DNA of 64,000 nucleotides from Lytechinus pictus (GCF_037042905.1 NC_087250.1:5768001-5832000); one strand, 5' to 3'; positions 41,001-52,384 are shown, counted from the first letter of the stretch. Translations and numbers: made by a program. The notes: generated from the letters alone by a model not told the origin.

Positions 41001-43760
41001 CAAAATGCTTCCCGCGCGTAAAATACTACCCCAAATTAGAAGGACACATGATTACCCTCGTGCTGGTTATTTTTTTTTACAGGGTACTAGTTGTTCTTTC
41101 AGGATTTACTGACTCGTTTTCTTGACTTACTTACTCGTTATCGTGACTTACTAGCTCGGTCTCTCGACTTGCTAACTTGATATCCCGCTTTACTTTATTA
41201 TCAAAGGTTTTTCCATACTGGATGACGGAACGGGGCACTGTGATTCCACAGAATAACATGTTCTTCCTCAGTAGTCTTGCTCCAACAGGTGATGCTGTGT
41301 TCGAGGCTGCAAACACTCAAGAAGGTATACCGAATTTATGGATGATGATGGTGGTGGTGGTGGTCATGATAATGATGATGATGGTGATGATGATGGTGGT
41401 GATGATGATTTTGATGAAGGTGACGATGATGGTGGTGGTGGTCATGATGATGATGATGAAGATGATGGTGGAGATGATGATGGTGGTGATGATGATGGCT
41501 GATGGTGATGATGATGGAGATGATGATGATGATGATGATGATGGAGATGATGATGATGGTGATGGAGATTATTGAGATGTTGATGATGATGGGGATGGAG
41601 ATGATGATTATGGAAGTGGTGATGATAATGATGATGATGACGGTCGGGTAATGATAATGATGATTATGGTGGTGGTGATAATGGTGGCGGATATGACAGC
41701 GATGACGATGGTGATGATGATGGTGTTGATGCTGATGACATCGATAATGGTGACATTATTCTCATCAACATTCAAATCGAAGCATGATATGCATGGGGAT
41801 AAGATAAATAATTTAAAAAAAGCTTACGATGTTAATGATGGTAAAGGTGAATCCAAACTTGAACGTATACGTTCAAGTTTGGATTCACCTTTATATACGT
41901 TGGATTCACCTTTATATACGTATACGTTCAAGTTTGGATTCATCATTATATATAATGATGTGTAAAAATGAGTAATAGAAAGTGCAAAATCATGAAATTT
42001 CAGCGGAAAACCGATAATTCTGATGGTCACTGACACAAAATGTATATGTGGGACAATATATCATTATGACTGGAAAAATAATACCCGACATTTTATGGAA
42101 TTCTGTGCTTAGTTTGCTAATTTCTCAGTAATTACGCATTTTTTCCAAGAGTCTTTTGCATGTACACTCTAAAAACACTGAGTAAAACTTTACCCAATAT
42201 TGGGTAGAAAAGGAACATGCATGTTTGCTGGATATCTTTTTACCCCATATTGGGCTATTCAACGCAACATTGCGTTAAAGGGGAAGTCCACCCTGAAGAA
42301 AACTTTTTTGGAAAAATAGCAGAAAAAATAGTAAAAAATATTGGTGAAGGTTTGACGAAAATCCGTTAAAGAATAAGAAAGTTATTATAGTTCAAAGTTT
42401 TGGATTTGTGACGTCATAAACGAGCAGCTGCCCCATGTGTTATGTAATATAAAATGCATGAATTTCAAATTTTATATAGTTGCTGTTGACTTAATTTTGT
42501 TTTCTATTCATGATCGGGTGTGAAATGATTTGTCTATTGATATACAAAAGGTACCGTAAAAACCATTTTCAATTTTCTGAGAAAATGACATTTCATTGAT
42601 TTTTTACCATTCGCTATGTAGGAATGCTGCTCGCATATGACGTCACAAATCAAATAATTGAAATTCTAATAACTTTTTAATAATTTGATGAATTTTTCTC
42701 AAACCTTCGGCAATATCTTTTATTATTTTTTCTGCTATTTTTACAATAAACTTTTTGTCAGGGTGAACTTCCCCTTTAAATTGACAACATATTGGGTATA
42801 TCTTCGTACCCAACCATCATGCATGTTCCCATTTTACCCAATATATTGGGTGAACCTTTTTTAGAGTGTACATTTTTGTTAATTTATTATATACAAACCC
42901 TCTGGTGGCCATTTTATTGGATTCTGTTCGAACTCATTTTGAGGTCGTAACCCCCCCCCCCCGGGGGGGGGGGGGGGGGGGGCACTTACATTGACGAGTG
43001 GATACCATGCGCGACCAAAAAACACGTAAAAAGGATGTCCTTTTCACCGGGCACGTTACGTACGTAATGTGATAAGGGTGTCAAAAACACAAAAATAATG
43101 AAAAAAGGGTGTCTATTTCGCTAGGAAAATTACGTGTTTAGGGTCGAATTTGCGGGAATGATAAAACAAAATTAAAATGTTTTATAAAGGATGTCCATTT
43201 TGCGCCAACACTTCGTGTTTAGAGTCCGATTTGCGCGAGGTGTAGAAGGTGGGGTCGTACTAAACCAAATAAGCTAAAGCCGACGACCGAAGGACCCGTA
43301 ACAATAAAACAGTCCTGTACTTGTTTAGGGGTTATTTTCAGGGAATATTTGCCAAGAGTATCGTTTTGTTTCCAATACTTGTTAAGGGTGGGGTTTCGCA
43401 CGCCAATACCTGTTAAGGGGTGCATTTTCAGAATATGGAAATTACGTGTTTATTAGGGTGCTTTTCGAGACCCCATGGTCGCGCATGGTATCCACTCGTG
43501 AATGGAAGTGCCCCCCCCCCCGGGTCGTAACCACAACTGGTATTTGTATTTTGTACATCACCTTCCGTTTCCTCTCAACAGAACTCTACATGGTATCATC
43601 AGTCTATAACCAAGACCCAGGTGTGTTGATTGCTAGCCTTGACAAATCCAGCGCCGACTTTAGAGTAATTCAGTTAGATTCGGGAAGTCAGACGTCACTC
43701 AAGGACATTTTCTCGAGGCTTGCCGATCCAGAAAAACGACCGGAATATCCTAGTCTGTAG
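16729..43760 (+). CDS. Gene A (8 exons, 1326 nt CDS, 441 aa): myristoylated PDZ-like + interleukin-1-like beta-trefoil protein
   Basis: join(16729-17019,17574-17746,29040-29148,30406-30463,32352-32564,37615-37799,41207-41324,43582-43760). All introns are GT-AG, intron phases 0,2,0,1,1,0,1 are mutually consistent, and there is no internal stop. PDZ-like and IL-1-like motifs run continuously across the junctions. Confidence 0.85.
17574..17746 (+). CDS. Gene A exon 2: first half of PDZ-like domain (IFPAHW...EFGAHL...AIDGSGLAKKVGL-R)
   Basis: ttttcag acceptor and AG|gtaggt donor (phase 2); conserved in the paralogue at 63835. Confidence 0.9.
18824..23616. mobile_element. Non-autonomous hAT-like element (4.8 kb) containing a ~0.8-kb polypurine tract
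   Basis: 8-bp TSD GGTTCTAT (18816-18823, 23617-23624); 14-bp TIR CAGGYGCGGATCCA. Confidence 0.85.
23767..24453. mobile_element. TA-flanked TIR MITE, itself interrupted at ~23836-24172
   Basis: TA|CGGAGCCTTGAAAATGCCATC ... GATGGCATTTTAGAGGCTCCG|TA. Confidence 0.75.
24743..25057. repeat. 63-bp minisatellite, 5 copies
   Basis: atttccacatgagtgtgc... recurs at 24743, 24806, 24869, 24932 and 24995. Confidence 0.9.
26823..27377. mobile_element. Foldback MITE with ~15-bp internal repeats (ttccgaaggttcgtaa)
   Basis: Left-arm repeats are inverted in the right arm (ttacgaaccttcggaa). Confidence 0.8.
28782..29001. mobile_element. CAC...GTG MITE with CA TSD
   Basis: CA|CACTGCAAACAC ... GTGTTTGCAGTG|CA. 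Confidence 0.8.
29040..29148 (+). CDS. Gene A exon 3: PDZ-like core (R-NRDVLLTINNLTSGLTNSSPLAILECFTDIGPNICL)
   Basis: atacag acceptor in phase 2 completes GLR-NRDVLLTIN, matching the PDZ GLxxGDxILxIN pattern; donor TTG|gtaata. Confidence 0.85.
30406..30463 (+). CDS. Gene A exon 4 (VVERNGNETWLFAFHLDEE-G)
   Basis: Strong pyrimidine tract + gtcag; phase 0 in, phase 1 out (AAG|gtacaa). ICL-VVER resembles the last PDZ strand. The exon is too short for the ORF track. Confidence 0.8.
30519..31494. mobile_element. Two abutting Kolobok-like MITEs (30519-31113 and 31118-31494) sharing one TTAA
   Basis: TTAA|AGGTCAAGTCCAC...GTGGACTTGTCCT|TTAA|AGTGATTG...CAATACCT|TTAA. The second element is the reverse complement of 43790-44163. 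Confidence 0.8.
32352..32564 (+). CDS. Gene A exon 5: linker and first strands of the IL-1-like domain (...AAFDVAAQYAYESSAPVQIILKEDDHYMEIDTEKATFVPAS)
   Basis: ttctcag acceptor and C|gtaagt donor; phase 1-1; coding-like GC content inside an AT-rich intron. Confidence 0.88.
33430..33583 (+). mobile_element. SINE 3' portion with L2-like tail
   Basis: caggtgaatgggtacccggc core, agcgcttt...aagcgctttataaat stem-loop and (ATT)n tail. Confidence 0.65.
33590..34512 (+). mobile_element. LINE (L2/Crack-like) 3' fragment
   Basis: SHRSIRHTGPEIWNSL...NSFKRQVKNFLLSKY, then AATAAA and an (AATCA)n tail. Confidence 0.75.
34700..36853. repeat. 2.1-kb satellite of 11-bp monomers in 44/55-bp higher-order units
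   Basis: Units gaacacactgt-aaacacaatct-gaacacactat-gaatactcttt, with or without a fifth 11-mer. Confidence 0.95.
37615..37799 (+). CDS. Gene A exon 6: IL-1-like middle strands (Q-TLTLNFYE...GGIPVAIS...PMCVEGVSEGPLGVV)
   Basis: gtatcag acceptor in phase 1 and GTT|gtaagt donor in phase 0. IPVAIS resembles IL-1beta IPVALG. Confidence 0.88.
37833..38085. mobile_element. CAC...GTG MITE with CA TSD
   Basis: CA|CACTCTAAAAAC ... GTTTTAAGAGTG|CA. Confidence 0.8.
38882..40362. mobile_element. Non-autonomous hAT-like element inserted in a degenerate ~21-bp array (ttactaactcgttctctcgac, ~38620-41175)
   Basis: 8-bp TSD CCCGAGTT; imperfect TIR CAACCGCGTAGCCAGG / CCTGGCTAGGCGCCTG. Confidence 0.8.
41207..41324 (+). 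CDS. Gene A exon 7 (VFPYWMTERGTVIPQNNMFFLSSLAPTGDAVFEAANTQE-E)
   Basis: tcaaag acceptor in phase 0 and AAG|gtatac donor in phase 1. MFF...VFEAA resembles IL-1 FVF...FESA. Confidence 0.82.
41340..41750. repeat. (GAT/GGT)n microsatellite at the start of intron 7
   Basis: Direct reading of the sequence. Confidence 0.9.
42165..42868. mobile_element. CAC...GTG MITE (TA TSD) with a nested Kolobok-like element at 42279-42775
   Basis: TA|CACTCTAAAAA...TTTTTAGAGTG|TA; inner TTAA|AGGGGAAGTCCACCCTGA...TCAGGGTGAACTTCCCCT|TTAA. Confidence 0.8.
42953..43524. mobile_element. TIR element with CCCGGG ends
   Basis: gcacttacattgacgagtggataccatgcgcgacca is inverted at 43475-43511; TCGTAACC is duplicated on both flanks. 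Confidence 0.75.
43582..43760 (+). CDS. Gene A exon 8, terminal (LYMVSSVYNQDPGVLIASLDKSSADFRVIQL...EYPSL*)
   Basis: ctcaacag acceptor in phase 1; TAG at 43758-43760. LYMVSS and ADFRV resemble IL-1 WYIST and TDFTM. Confidence 0.85.
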
Positions 43761-43789
43761 TAATGTTTGTTGATGTTGTTGATGATTAA

Positions 43790-44163
43790 AGGTATATTGT
43801 TTAAATTTGTGAGCAGCCGATTTAAAAAATTCTTAAACCAAGATGAAACATGTGTACAAGTGCATGTATTAGAACTAATAAACCCTGAAAACAACCATTA
43901 TTGAGAAAGCTAAAACTACAAGGCAAACCCTGATTTTGTAAATAGGCGTCTTATAGATGCCTAAATGGTACACATAAGTGTATGGGATGGAATTAAGATG
44001 TTGTTTCCGGTCACTTTGTAATACAATTTTTGAAGCACTAGATAAGTATTTTCGAACGCAATTTTTTCTGGGCTTCATTTTTGTAACATATCACAGACAC
44101 AGGTGACAAGTGTGACCTTCTAGCTCAGATTTTTTAAAGTCAAACCAATGTTAACCAATCACT
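43790..44163. mobile_element. Kolobok-like MITE 30 nt downstream of the gene A stop codon
   Basis: TTAA flanks on both sides; inverted copy of 31118-31494. Confidence 0.85.
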
Positions 44164-44559
44164 TTAAAATAGAAATAGTTACAAGAAAGAGATTATGATA
44201 GAAATAGAAGGGGAGGGGAAAGATGGGGAAAATCAGAAATGAATACAAATTTATTGTACTTTTTTATATGGTGTGTGGAAATAATTATAACACTGTTAAC
44301 ATGGTTAAGAAACCCCTGAATTTACAGCAAAAACAAGATTTTGCAGAAAGCAATAACAGAATCATTCTATATTTCATATAGTTTTGATAAAGGGTCAATA
44401 ATGTAAACTTTCGGCCCCTACTTCAGTATCATCTAACATTTCAACTTTTTCAAACTGCCAAAGGTTTGAGGAAAAATCAGTCAAAAACGAAGGAATAAGA
44501 AATTATTAGGTGTTTTAAGTATTTGATTTGTGACGTCATATGCGAGCATCTTTTTCCAC

Positions 44560-45360
44560 ATATTTATTTATTTATTTATTTATTTATTTATTTTGTTTTA
44601 TTTATTTTATACTACAGGGTAGGCCTGTTCAGTTCTTAAAACTGCTTTACAAAGGCGCCCTGCAGTTTAAAATACATGTCAAGATAACTATGAACAACAA
44701 CAACAAACAACATCAAAAATACAAAATACAAAATATCTAACATCAGAAACAATTAACATAGAGAGTGGGAAGTGACAATTTAAACATACATAGCATTGTA
44801 AATCAATGGAATATCATTTCGCTCTTTATCAATTCGTATGAAAGGCTTTGCATACTAACAAGGAGGTACAAACTTGTAAATTTGAAGGAAGTGCATTAAA
44901 TAATTTGGGTCCGACATATGCGAAAGATTTTCTTTTATGTTCAATTCTAGCTTTGGGAAGCTGAAGGGGGCATCGTAAAGAATACCGTGTTTTGTATTTC
45001 ACGGGCCGTTTACATACTAAAGGTTTTAAATAATTTGGAACTAAATCATTCATTATTTTATAAACAAGAACACAATACTGATATTTTATACGCTGATCTA
45101 CTGATTGCCACTTCAGTGACTGCAACAAAGAAATTTGTGATGTATTATAATCTTTTTTCAAAAGCATTCTGGCATATTTATTTTGAAGTTTTTGTATCTT
45201 ATCTAAATGTATTTTTGCACTGCTTCCCCAAGATGTAATACAGTAATCAATGTAAGGTAAAATCATAGAAAAGTACAGCTTCTTCATAATATCAAAGGAC
45301 AGTAAGTGCTTAATCCGCCTTACACAACCTATTGCCCGAGATATTTTACATATCAAATAA
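44560..45360 (-). mobile_element. LINE (L2/Crack-like) 3' fragment
   Basis: ORF2 C-terminal region KLYFSMILPYIDYCITSWG...KSFAYVGPKLFNALP and an (AAAT)n tail. Confidence 0.85.
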
Positions 45361-46639
45361 TCAATGAAAAATAATTTCCTCAGAAAGTTGAGAATGGGTT
45401 TTACTGTGCCTTCAATATATCAATACACAAATAATTTCACACACCTGTTCCTAAAAAGAAACAAAATATGTCTTCACGAAATATCAAAGATTTTAATTCA
45501 TACAATCATTAAAATATTACAAAGCATTTGGGGATCCTGCTCGTTTATGACGTCACAAATTCCAAAAAAACCCAGCATAATGAAACAGTAAAATATATCG
45601 ATGAAAGTTTAAGAAATTAATATTCATCACACGTTAAGGAAGGTATTAGAATTTCAAGTTATTCACTGTAAAAACTGTGGTGTTAAAACTGACACCAATT
45701 GGTGTTAATAGAGGACCACACCCTGAGGTGTTAAAATAACACCCTAGAGATTGAACATAACACCAAAGAGTGTAAATGTAACAACCATAGGTGTTGTAAT
45801 AACACCTACAGGTGTAAAACTAACACCACCAATTTAACACCGGTGTAAAATAATTGGTGTGGTCCTATATGTACACCTGTTAACACCACAGTTTTTGCTG
45901 TGTTTATTTGTGACGTCATAGTTATACGAGCAGCTGCTCCATGTGATACGTACTATGAAATACATAAATTTCAAGGTTTTAATGGTTTTGTGATATATCT
46001 TTTTATTTCTTTCAGGAGAGGGTGTGGAATGACTTGTGTATATATAATGAAAGTACAGCAAAACTATTTCAATTTTCTGAGAAAATGGTATTTCATTTAT
46101 TTTTTTATCATATCGGAAAGCTTGACTTGGATATCAAATAAAAAAAAAAATTGAATAACTAAAAAACAAATTGATTGATTCTCCCCAAACCTTCACCAGT
46201 TTTTTTTTTAAATCATTTATGCTGCTATTTGCACAATGCATTTTTACAGGGTGAACTTCCCCTTTAAATATCTCTATACAAGGGTGGGGATGTGTGTGTG
46301 CGGGGGGGGGGGTAACGAATAGAGATTGCCCTACTTCATTTACTGCGACGGCAGGCAGCAACTGCAAGGTCAAAGTCTATAACAAATTTACTATCAACCA
46401 ATCAGAATGAAGGATTTCAATAGTTTTTAACCGTTATTTCAAATTTGCTACTAAAACAAGTTTCATGAAAGAGGCCTATGTGGTACAGCGCCTCGTGTAC
46501 ATTTGATACAAGGAAGCAAAGGGTCCCTGCATTTGACTTGTGTGCAGAAGAATGTCACCTTCGCTATATTAGTAGACCGGCCGAAACGATTTTTTATACT
46601 TTGGACGGCAAAATTTGTTAATGACATTTAATGGCATTT

Positions 46640-48920
46640 GTTAATGCTTGCTAATGCTTGGCATCCCAGCTAATACTCTTGCAAAAATACCCAGGAATAG
46701 CGTACGGCCGGATGCCAAGCGCAGTTTTGCGTGGAAGTGTCATTTTTAGCGTAAAATCTGAAAGAATGTCGAAAATCACGTATTTTTATATTTTGACAGA
46801 TTATTTTAATATTTTTTATTATCTTTGATATGCAATTATTTTTATTCAGAGTTTCAAATTTCAAATTTGAATATTACACACACACATATGGCATAGGGAA
46901 ACAAAACCGCGATTTCCTCAAAATTAAAGTTTGTGAAAACTATCAATAGTTTAAAGTTTTTTACGCAACTTAAATTAATCGATTTAAATGCGTTTCTCAA
47001 TCGAATGTATAGTAAATTTCCTAATGCCACAAATATTAAAAAAAATTCAAGTAATATGGAATATATCTCATTTTATGTTATCCGAAAAGAGACAATGTGC
47101 ATTTTACTAAGCGAGTTTTTTATTACATGTATAAGTGATTCTAAAGCGAGTTTTTAATTGGATAGCACAATTTGTCAATTATTTGCATCCCAGCTCAAAG
47201 TCTTGCGGAAATCCTGAGGAATAACGTACGGCCGGATGCCAAGCGCAATTTTGCGTGAAAGTGTCACTTTAGCGTAAAAACTGAAAGAATGTCGAAAATC
47301 ACGCATTTTGATATTTTGACGGATTATCATCATATTTTTGATTATCTTTGATATGAAATTATTTTTATTCAGAGTATCAAATTATAAAACTCATAAGTAT
47401 GCATTTCAAATTTGAATATTACACACACACATATGGCACAGGGAAACATAAAACCGCGATTTCCTCAAAATAAAAGTTTGTGAAAACTATCAATAGTTTG
47501 AAGTTTTTTACGCAGCTTAAATTCTTCGATTTAACTGCGTTTATCCATAAAATGTATCGTAAATGTCCTAATGTCACAAATATTAAAAGAATTATCAAGT
47601 AAGATGGAAGATATCTCACTTTATGTTATCCGAAAAGAGACAATGTGCATTTTACCAGGTGCGCATTTTGAAAGAAAAATTGAAAATACCGTACATTATG
47701 TACATAGTTACATGTATAAGTACATACTAAAGCGAGTTTTTAATTACATGTATAAGTGATTCTAAAGCGAGCTTTTAATTGGATAGCACAATTTGTCAAA
47801 TATTTGCATCCCAGCTCAAAGTCTTGCGGAAATACTGAGGAATAACGTACGGGCGGATGCCAAGTGCACTTTTGCGTGAAAGTATAATTTTTGCCTAAAA
47901 TTTGAAAGACTGTTGAAAATCACGCATTTTGATATTTTGACGGATTATCATCATATTTTTGGTAATCTCTGATATGGAATTATTTTTATTCAGAGTTTTA
48001 AATTATAAGTCTAGTAAATATGCATTTCAAATTTGAATATTACACTTACACATATGGCACAAGGAAACATAAAACCGCGATTTCCTCAAAATAAAAGTTT
48101 GTGAAAACTATCAATAGTTTGAAGTTTTTTACGCAGCTTAAATTCTTCGATTTAACTGCGTTTATCCATCAAATGTATAGTAAATGTCCTAATGTCACAA
48201 ATATTAAAAGAATTATCAAGTAAGATGGAAGATATCTCACTTTATGTTATCCGAAAAGAGACAATGTGCATTTTACCAGGTGCGCATTTTGAAAGAAAAA
48301 TTGAAAATACCGTACATTATGTACATAATTACATGTATAAGTACATACTAAAGCGAGTTTTTAATTACATGTATAAGTACACACTAGAGCGAGTTTTTTA
48401 ATTGAATAGCACAATTTGTCAATTCTTTGCATCCCAGCTCAAATTCTTGCGGAAATACTGAGGAATAACGTACGGGCGGATGCCAAGTGCACTTTTGCGT
48501 GAAAGTATCATTTTTAGCGTGAAACCTGAAAGACTGTCGAAAATCACGCATTTTGATATTTTGACGGATTATCATCATATTTTTGATTATATTTGATATG
48601 GAATTATTTTTATTCAGAGTTTCAAATTATAAGTCTACTAAATATGCATTTCAATTTGGAATATTACACACACATATATGGCAATATGAAATATAAAATC
48701 GTGATTTACTAATAGTTTGTGAAAACTATCAATAGTATAATGTTTGTGTTCCGCATCTCAATTTCGTCAATTTTAGCGCTAACCGAATAAATACATAATA
48801 ATTGTTGTCATGGCACATATAGTGAAAACAAATGTTGAAATAAGATACAACATATATCATTTTATGTTATATATGCGAAAAATAACAATGTACATTTATC
48901 GGATGCGTATTTCTGATAAA
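46640..48920. repeat. ~620-bp tandem repeat, about 4 copies
   Basis: gcatcccagct anchors at 46661, 47185, 47806 and 48429. Confidence 0.9.
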
Positions 48921-48924
48921 ATAC

Positions 48925-50952
48925 ATTTTAGACGGTATTAACAGACTTTTGCTTGATTTCGGCGCATTTTGGGCTGTTTCAAGCCAACTCGCAATAATTT
49001 GCACGCTGATAATTTGAAAGCGAGCACATGGACCCCATACTTTAAATGTCTTAACTTCTTCAGAATATATTCCTTTCCAAATCTATAGTGTATGATGTCT
49101 CCAAATCTAGAGAGTATGATGAAAATGGCATGGATTTTGAATGTTTGGAGATAGACTAAGGACCCATTCGTATTTTAGACATTTTGGACGGTATTAGACT
49201 TTTGCCCATTTTAGGCGCATTATAGACTGTTTCAAGCCAACTCGCAACACTTTGGACACTGATAGTTTAAAAACGAGCACATGGACCCCATATTCTTAAT
49301 ATTTTAACGTCTTTAGAATATATTCCTTTACAAATCTAGAGAGGATGATGAAAATGACATGGATTTTGAATGTTTGGGAGCAGAACTACGGAACCATTCG
49401 TAGTTTGGACTTTTTGGGCGGTATAATCAGACTTTTACTTGTTTTCGGCGCATTTTGGGCTGTTTCAAGCCAACTCACAACAGTTTAGACACTAATAGTT
49501 TAAAAACGAGCACATGGATCCCATGTTCTTAATATTTTAGCGTCATCAGAATATATTCCTCTGCAAATCTGGAGAGTATGATGAAAATGACATGGATTTT
49601 GAATGTTAGGGTGCAAAACTACAGAACCATTCGCATTTTAGACGGTATTATTAGGTTTTTGCACGTTTTCGGCGCATTTTAGGTGGATTTCAATATTTTC
49701 AAGCCAACTCGCAACAATTTAGACACTGATAGTTTGAAAACGAGCACATGGACCCCATGTCTTTAATATTTTAACGACATCAGAATATATTCCTCTGCAA
49801 ATCTAGAGAGTATGATGAAAATGACATGGATTTTGAATGTTAGGGAGCAAAACTACGGAACCATTTGCATTTTAGACGGTATCAATTATTTGGTTTTTGA
49901 ACGTTTTCGGCGCATTTTAGGTGGATTTCAATATTTTCAAGCCAACTCGCAACAATTTGGATACTGATAGTTTGAAAACGATTTCGTGGACCCCATGTTT
50001 TTAATATTTTAACGTCATCAGAATATATTCCTCTGCAAATCTAGAGAGTATGATGAAAATGACATGGATTTTGAATGTTAGGGAGCAAAACTACGGAACC
50101 ATTCGCATTTTAGACGGTATTATTTGGTTTTTGCACGTTTTCGGCGCATTTTAGGTGGATTTCAATATTTTCAAGCCAACTCGCAACAATTTGGACACTG
50201 ATAGTTTAAAAACGAGCACATGGACCCCATATTTTTAATATTTTAATGCCTTATGAATATATTCCTCTACAAATCTAGAGAGTATGATGAAAATGACATG
50301 GATTTTGAATGTTAGGGAGCAAAATATACAACCATTGCATTTTAGAGGGTATTTAGAGAGACTTTTGCATGTTTTCGGCGCTTTTTAGGCGATTTTTTAA
50401 AGCCAACTTGCAACACTTGGGACAGTAATAGTTTAAAAACGAGCACATGGACCCTATATTTTTTTATATTTTAACGTCTTTAAGAATATATTCGCCTACA
50501 AATCTGGATAGTATGATGAAAATGACATGGATTTGCATTTTAGACGGCATTATTAGACTTTTGCAAGTTTTTGGCGCATATTGGGCGATTTTCATGCCAA
50601 CTCGCATCACTTTGGACACTCAGTTAAAATACGAGCACATGGACCCCATATTTTTAACTTCCCTACACCTTTGATATGCATTCCTCTACAATTTAGCCAA
50701 ATTTGATGAAAATGACATGGATTTTGAATGTTTGGGGGCAAAACTACGGAACCTTTTGCACTTTAGACGGCATTTTTAGACTTTTGCACGTTTTTGGCGC
50801 ATATTGGGTGATTTTCATGCCAACTCGCATCACTTTGGACACTCATAGTTAAAAAACGAGCTCATGGACCCCATATTTTTAACTTCCCTACACCTTCGAT
50901 ATGCATTCCTCTACAATTTAGCCAAATTCAACGAAAATGACATGGATTTTGA
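48925..50952. repeat. ~235-bp tandem repeat, about 9 copies
   Basis: cgagcacatggacccca and gatgaaaatgacatggattttg recur nine times. Confidence 0.9.
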
Positions 50953-52345
50953 AAAAAGTGCAGCTTACAAAATACTTTTTAAATTTTTGAGTAGATTCAC
51001 GTCTTTGAAGATGAGTTTTTTCCGAGTTTTTGCACAATTCTTGCCATATGAGGGCGCTGCTGACTCCAAATGGATATAGTTTTACCAATTACAAGAATTT
51101 TTCTCACTTTGGTATACACTTTGTTATATATCTAAAAAAAATTGATGAAGTTTGATGTGGTATCCACTGAGTAAAGATGATTTAAACTCATTTGGTGAAT
51201 TCGTGAGGTCTAAGAGAGGCATTATTCTCTTCATTGCGCGAGATTGCATATCATTCAAATACGGCGACTTTGAAGACCCGTAGAAAAAAATAAGCACATC
51301 TTGATCCTAAATTTCTTTTTTGCATTTTCATAATGCATAGATACCGAAGTGACTCTCTGCAAAATTTGGTGAAAATAACACGGACTTCGCTTGTATGACT
51401 GTTTAGTAGTTATATGCATGAGGGACGTTTTGCAACAGCTACGCAGACGCTTTTTGAAACATAGAGAATTCTTTTGGCAATTTGGCCTTTAATGACACCA
51501 GTTTCGCCCTTGACTCTAGACAAACGACATATTTGCGATTTTTCGTCAGCCCGGCCTGAAATGTCGGACACGTAACTGCATGCTCTTCCGATTCAGCAAC
51601 GCTTTAAAAAAGACTTCATTTGTGATTTGACTTGTGTTTTCAACTCATTTGGTGCGTTGTACGACTTATTCCGCGTCGCTTGGCAAAAACTCGCTATTAC
51701 TGCAGCAATGAAGCGACCAATAAGCTAAATATCGGTAAACCTGTCTGTCCTAAATGTTTGCAATTATGATATATAGCATAAGCCGCAAGAGCAAAATAGG
51801 CTTTTACCTTGAATGAAGTTAACTGATCCCTTCACGTTGAAAGAGGGGGTGGGATGCGAGAAAAATACAGGGATATGATTTTTTTTTAAAGTTTGACTTG
51901 AGAATGATACGATAAGTTTCATTGTGTTTACAATGAGTGATTGTCTTTTTTATTGTCACGTGGAGGCGTGTGTGACATCAAATGTTTTTTGTTTTTGTTT
52001 TATTATTATACTGGAAACAGGGGCTATTATTTTCTTGTTTTAAATCTTTTAAATACACTACTTGGTGCACAAGTCTGCACCATCTCTATCTTTCTGCTGT
52101 TACAAGGTTTGACAAATTTTTCATCAAAGAAAACAAAGTTACTGGTTTTCAAAATCCAATTTTGTGATGTCATGCAAGCAATGCAAGCAGCTATCGTGAA
52201 CGACGTTGACTGGCTATGACAGATGTCCTAAGAAAATGGAAAAGGGCGTCACAGTTTATTTTAGGTTTCCTCGGGGACTTGGGAACGATTATTAGTTTTT
52301 AATAAGCAACCCCCCAAAAAAAATTAATTAGAAAGTAAAAAAGGG

Positions 52346-52384
52346 GCCTAAGCTTTCGATCCTAGCAGAATCTTCGTCGGAGGC
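52346..52384 (-). ncRNA. Second, identical copy of the minimal hammerhead ribozyme
   Basis: 39 nt identical to 266-304. Confidence 0.7.

Noticed and set aside
43746..43760. C-terminal YPSL as an intramolecular PDZ ligand
   Set aside because: Pro at position -2 does not fit the class I (S/T-x-hydrophobic) consensus; no further support.
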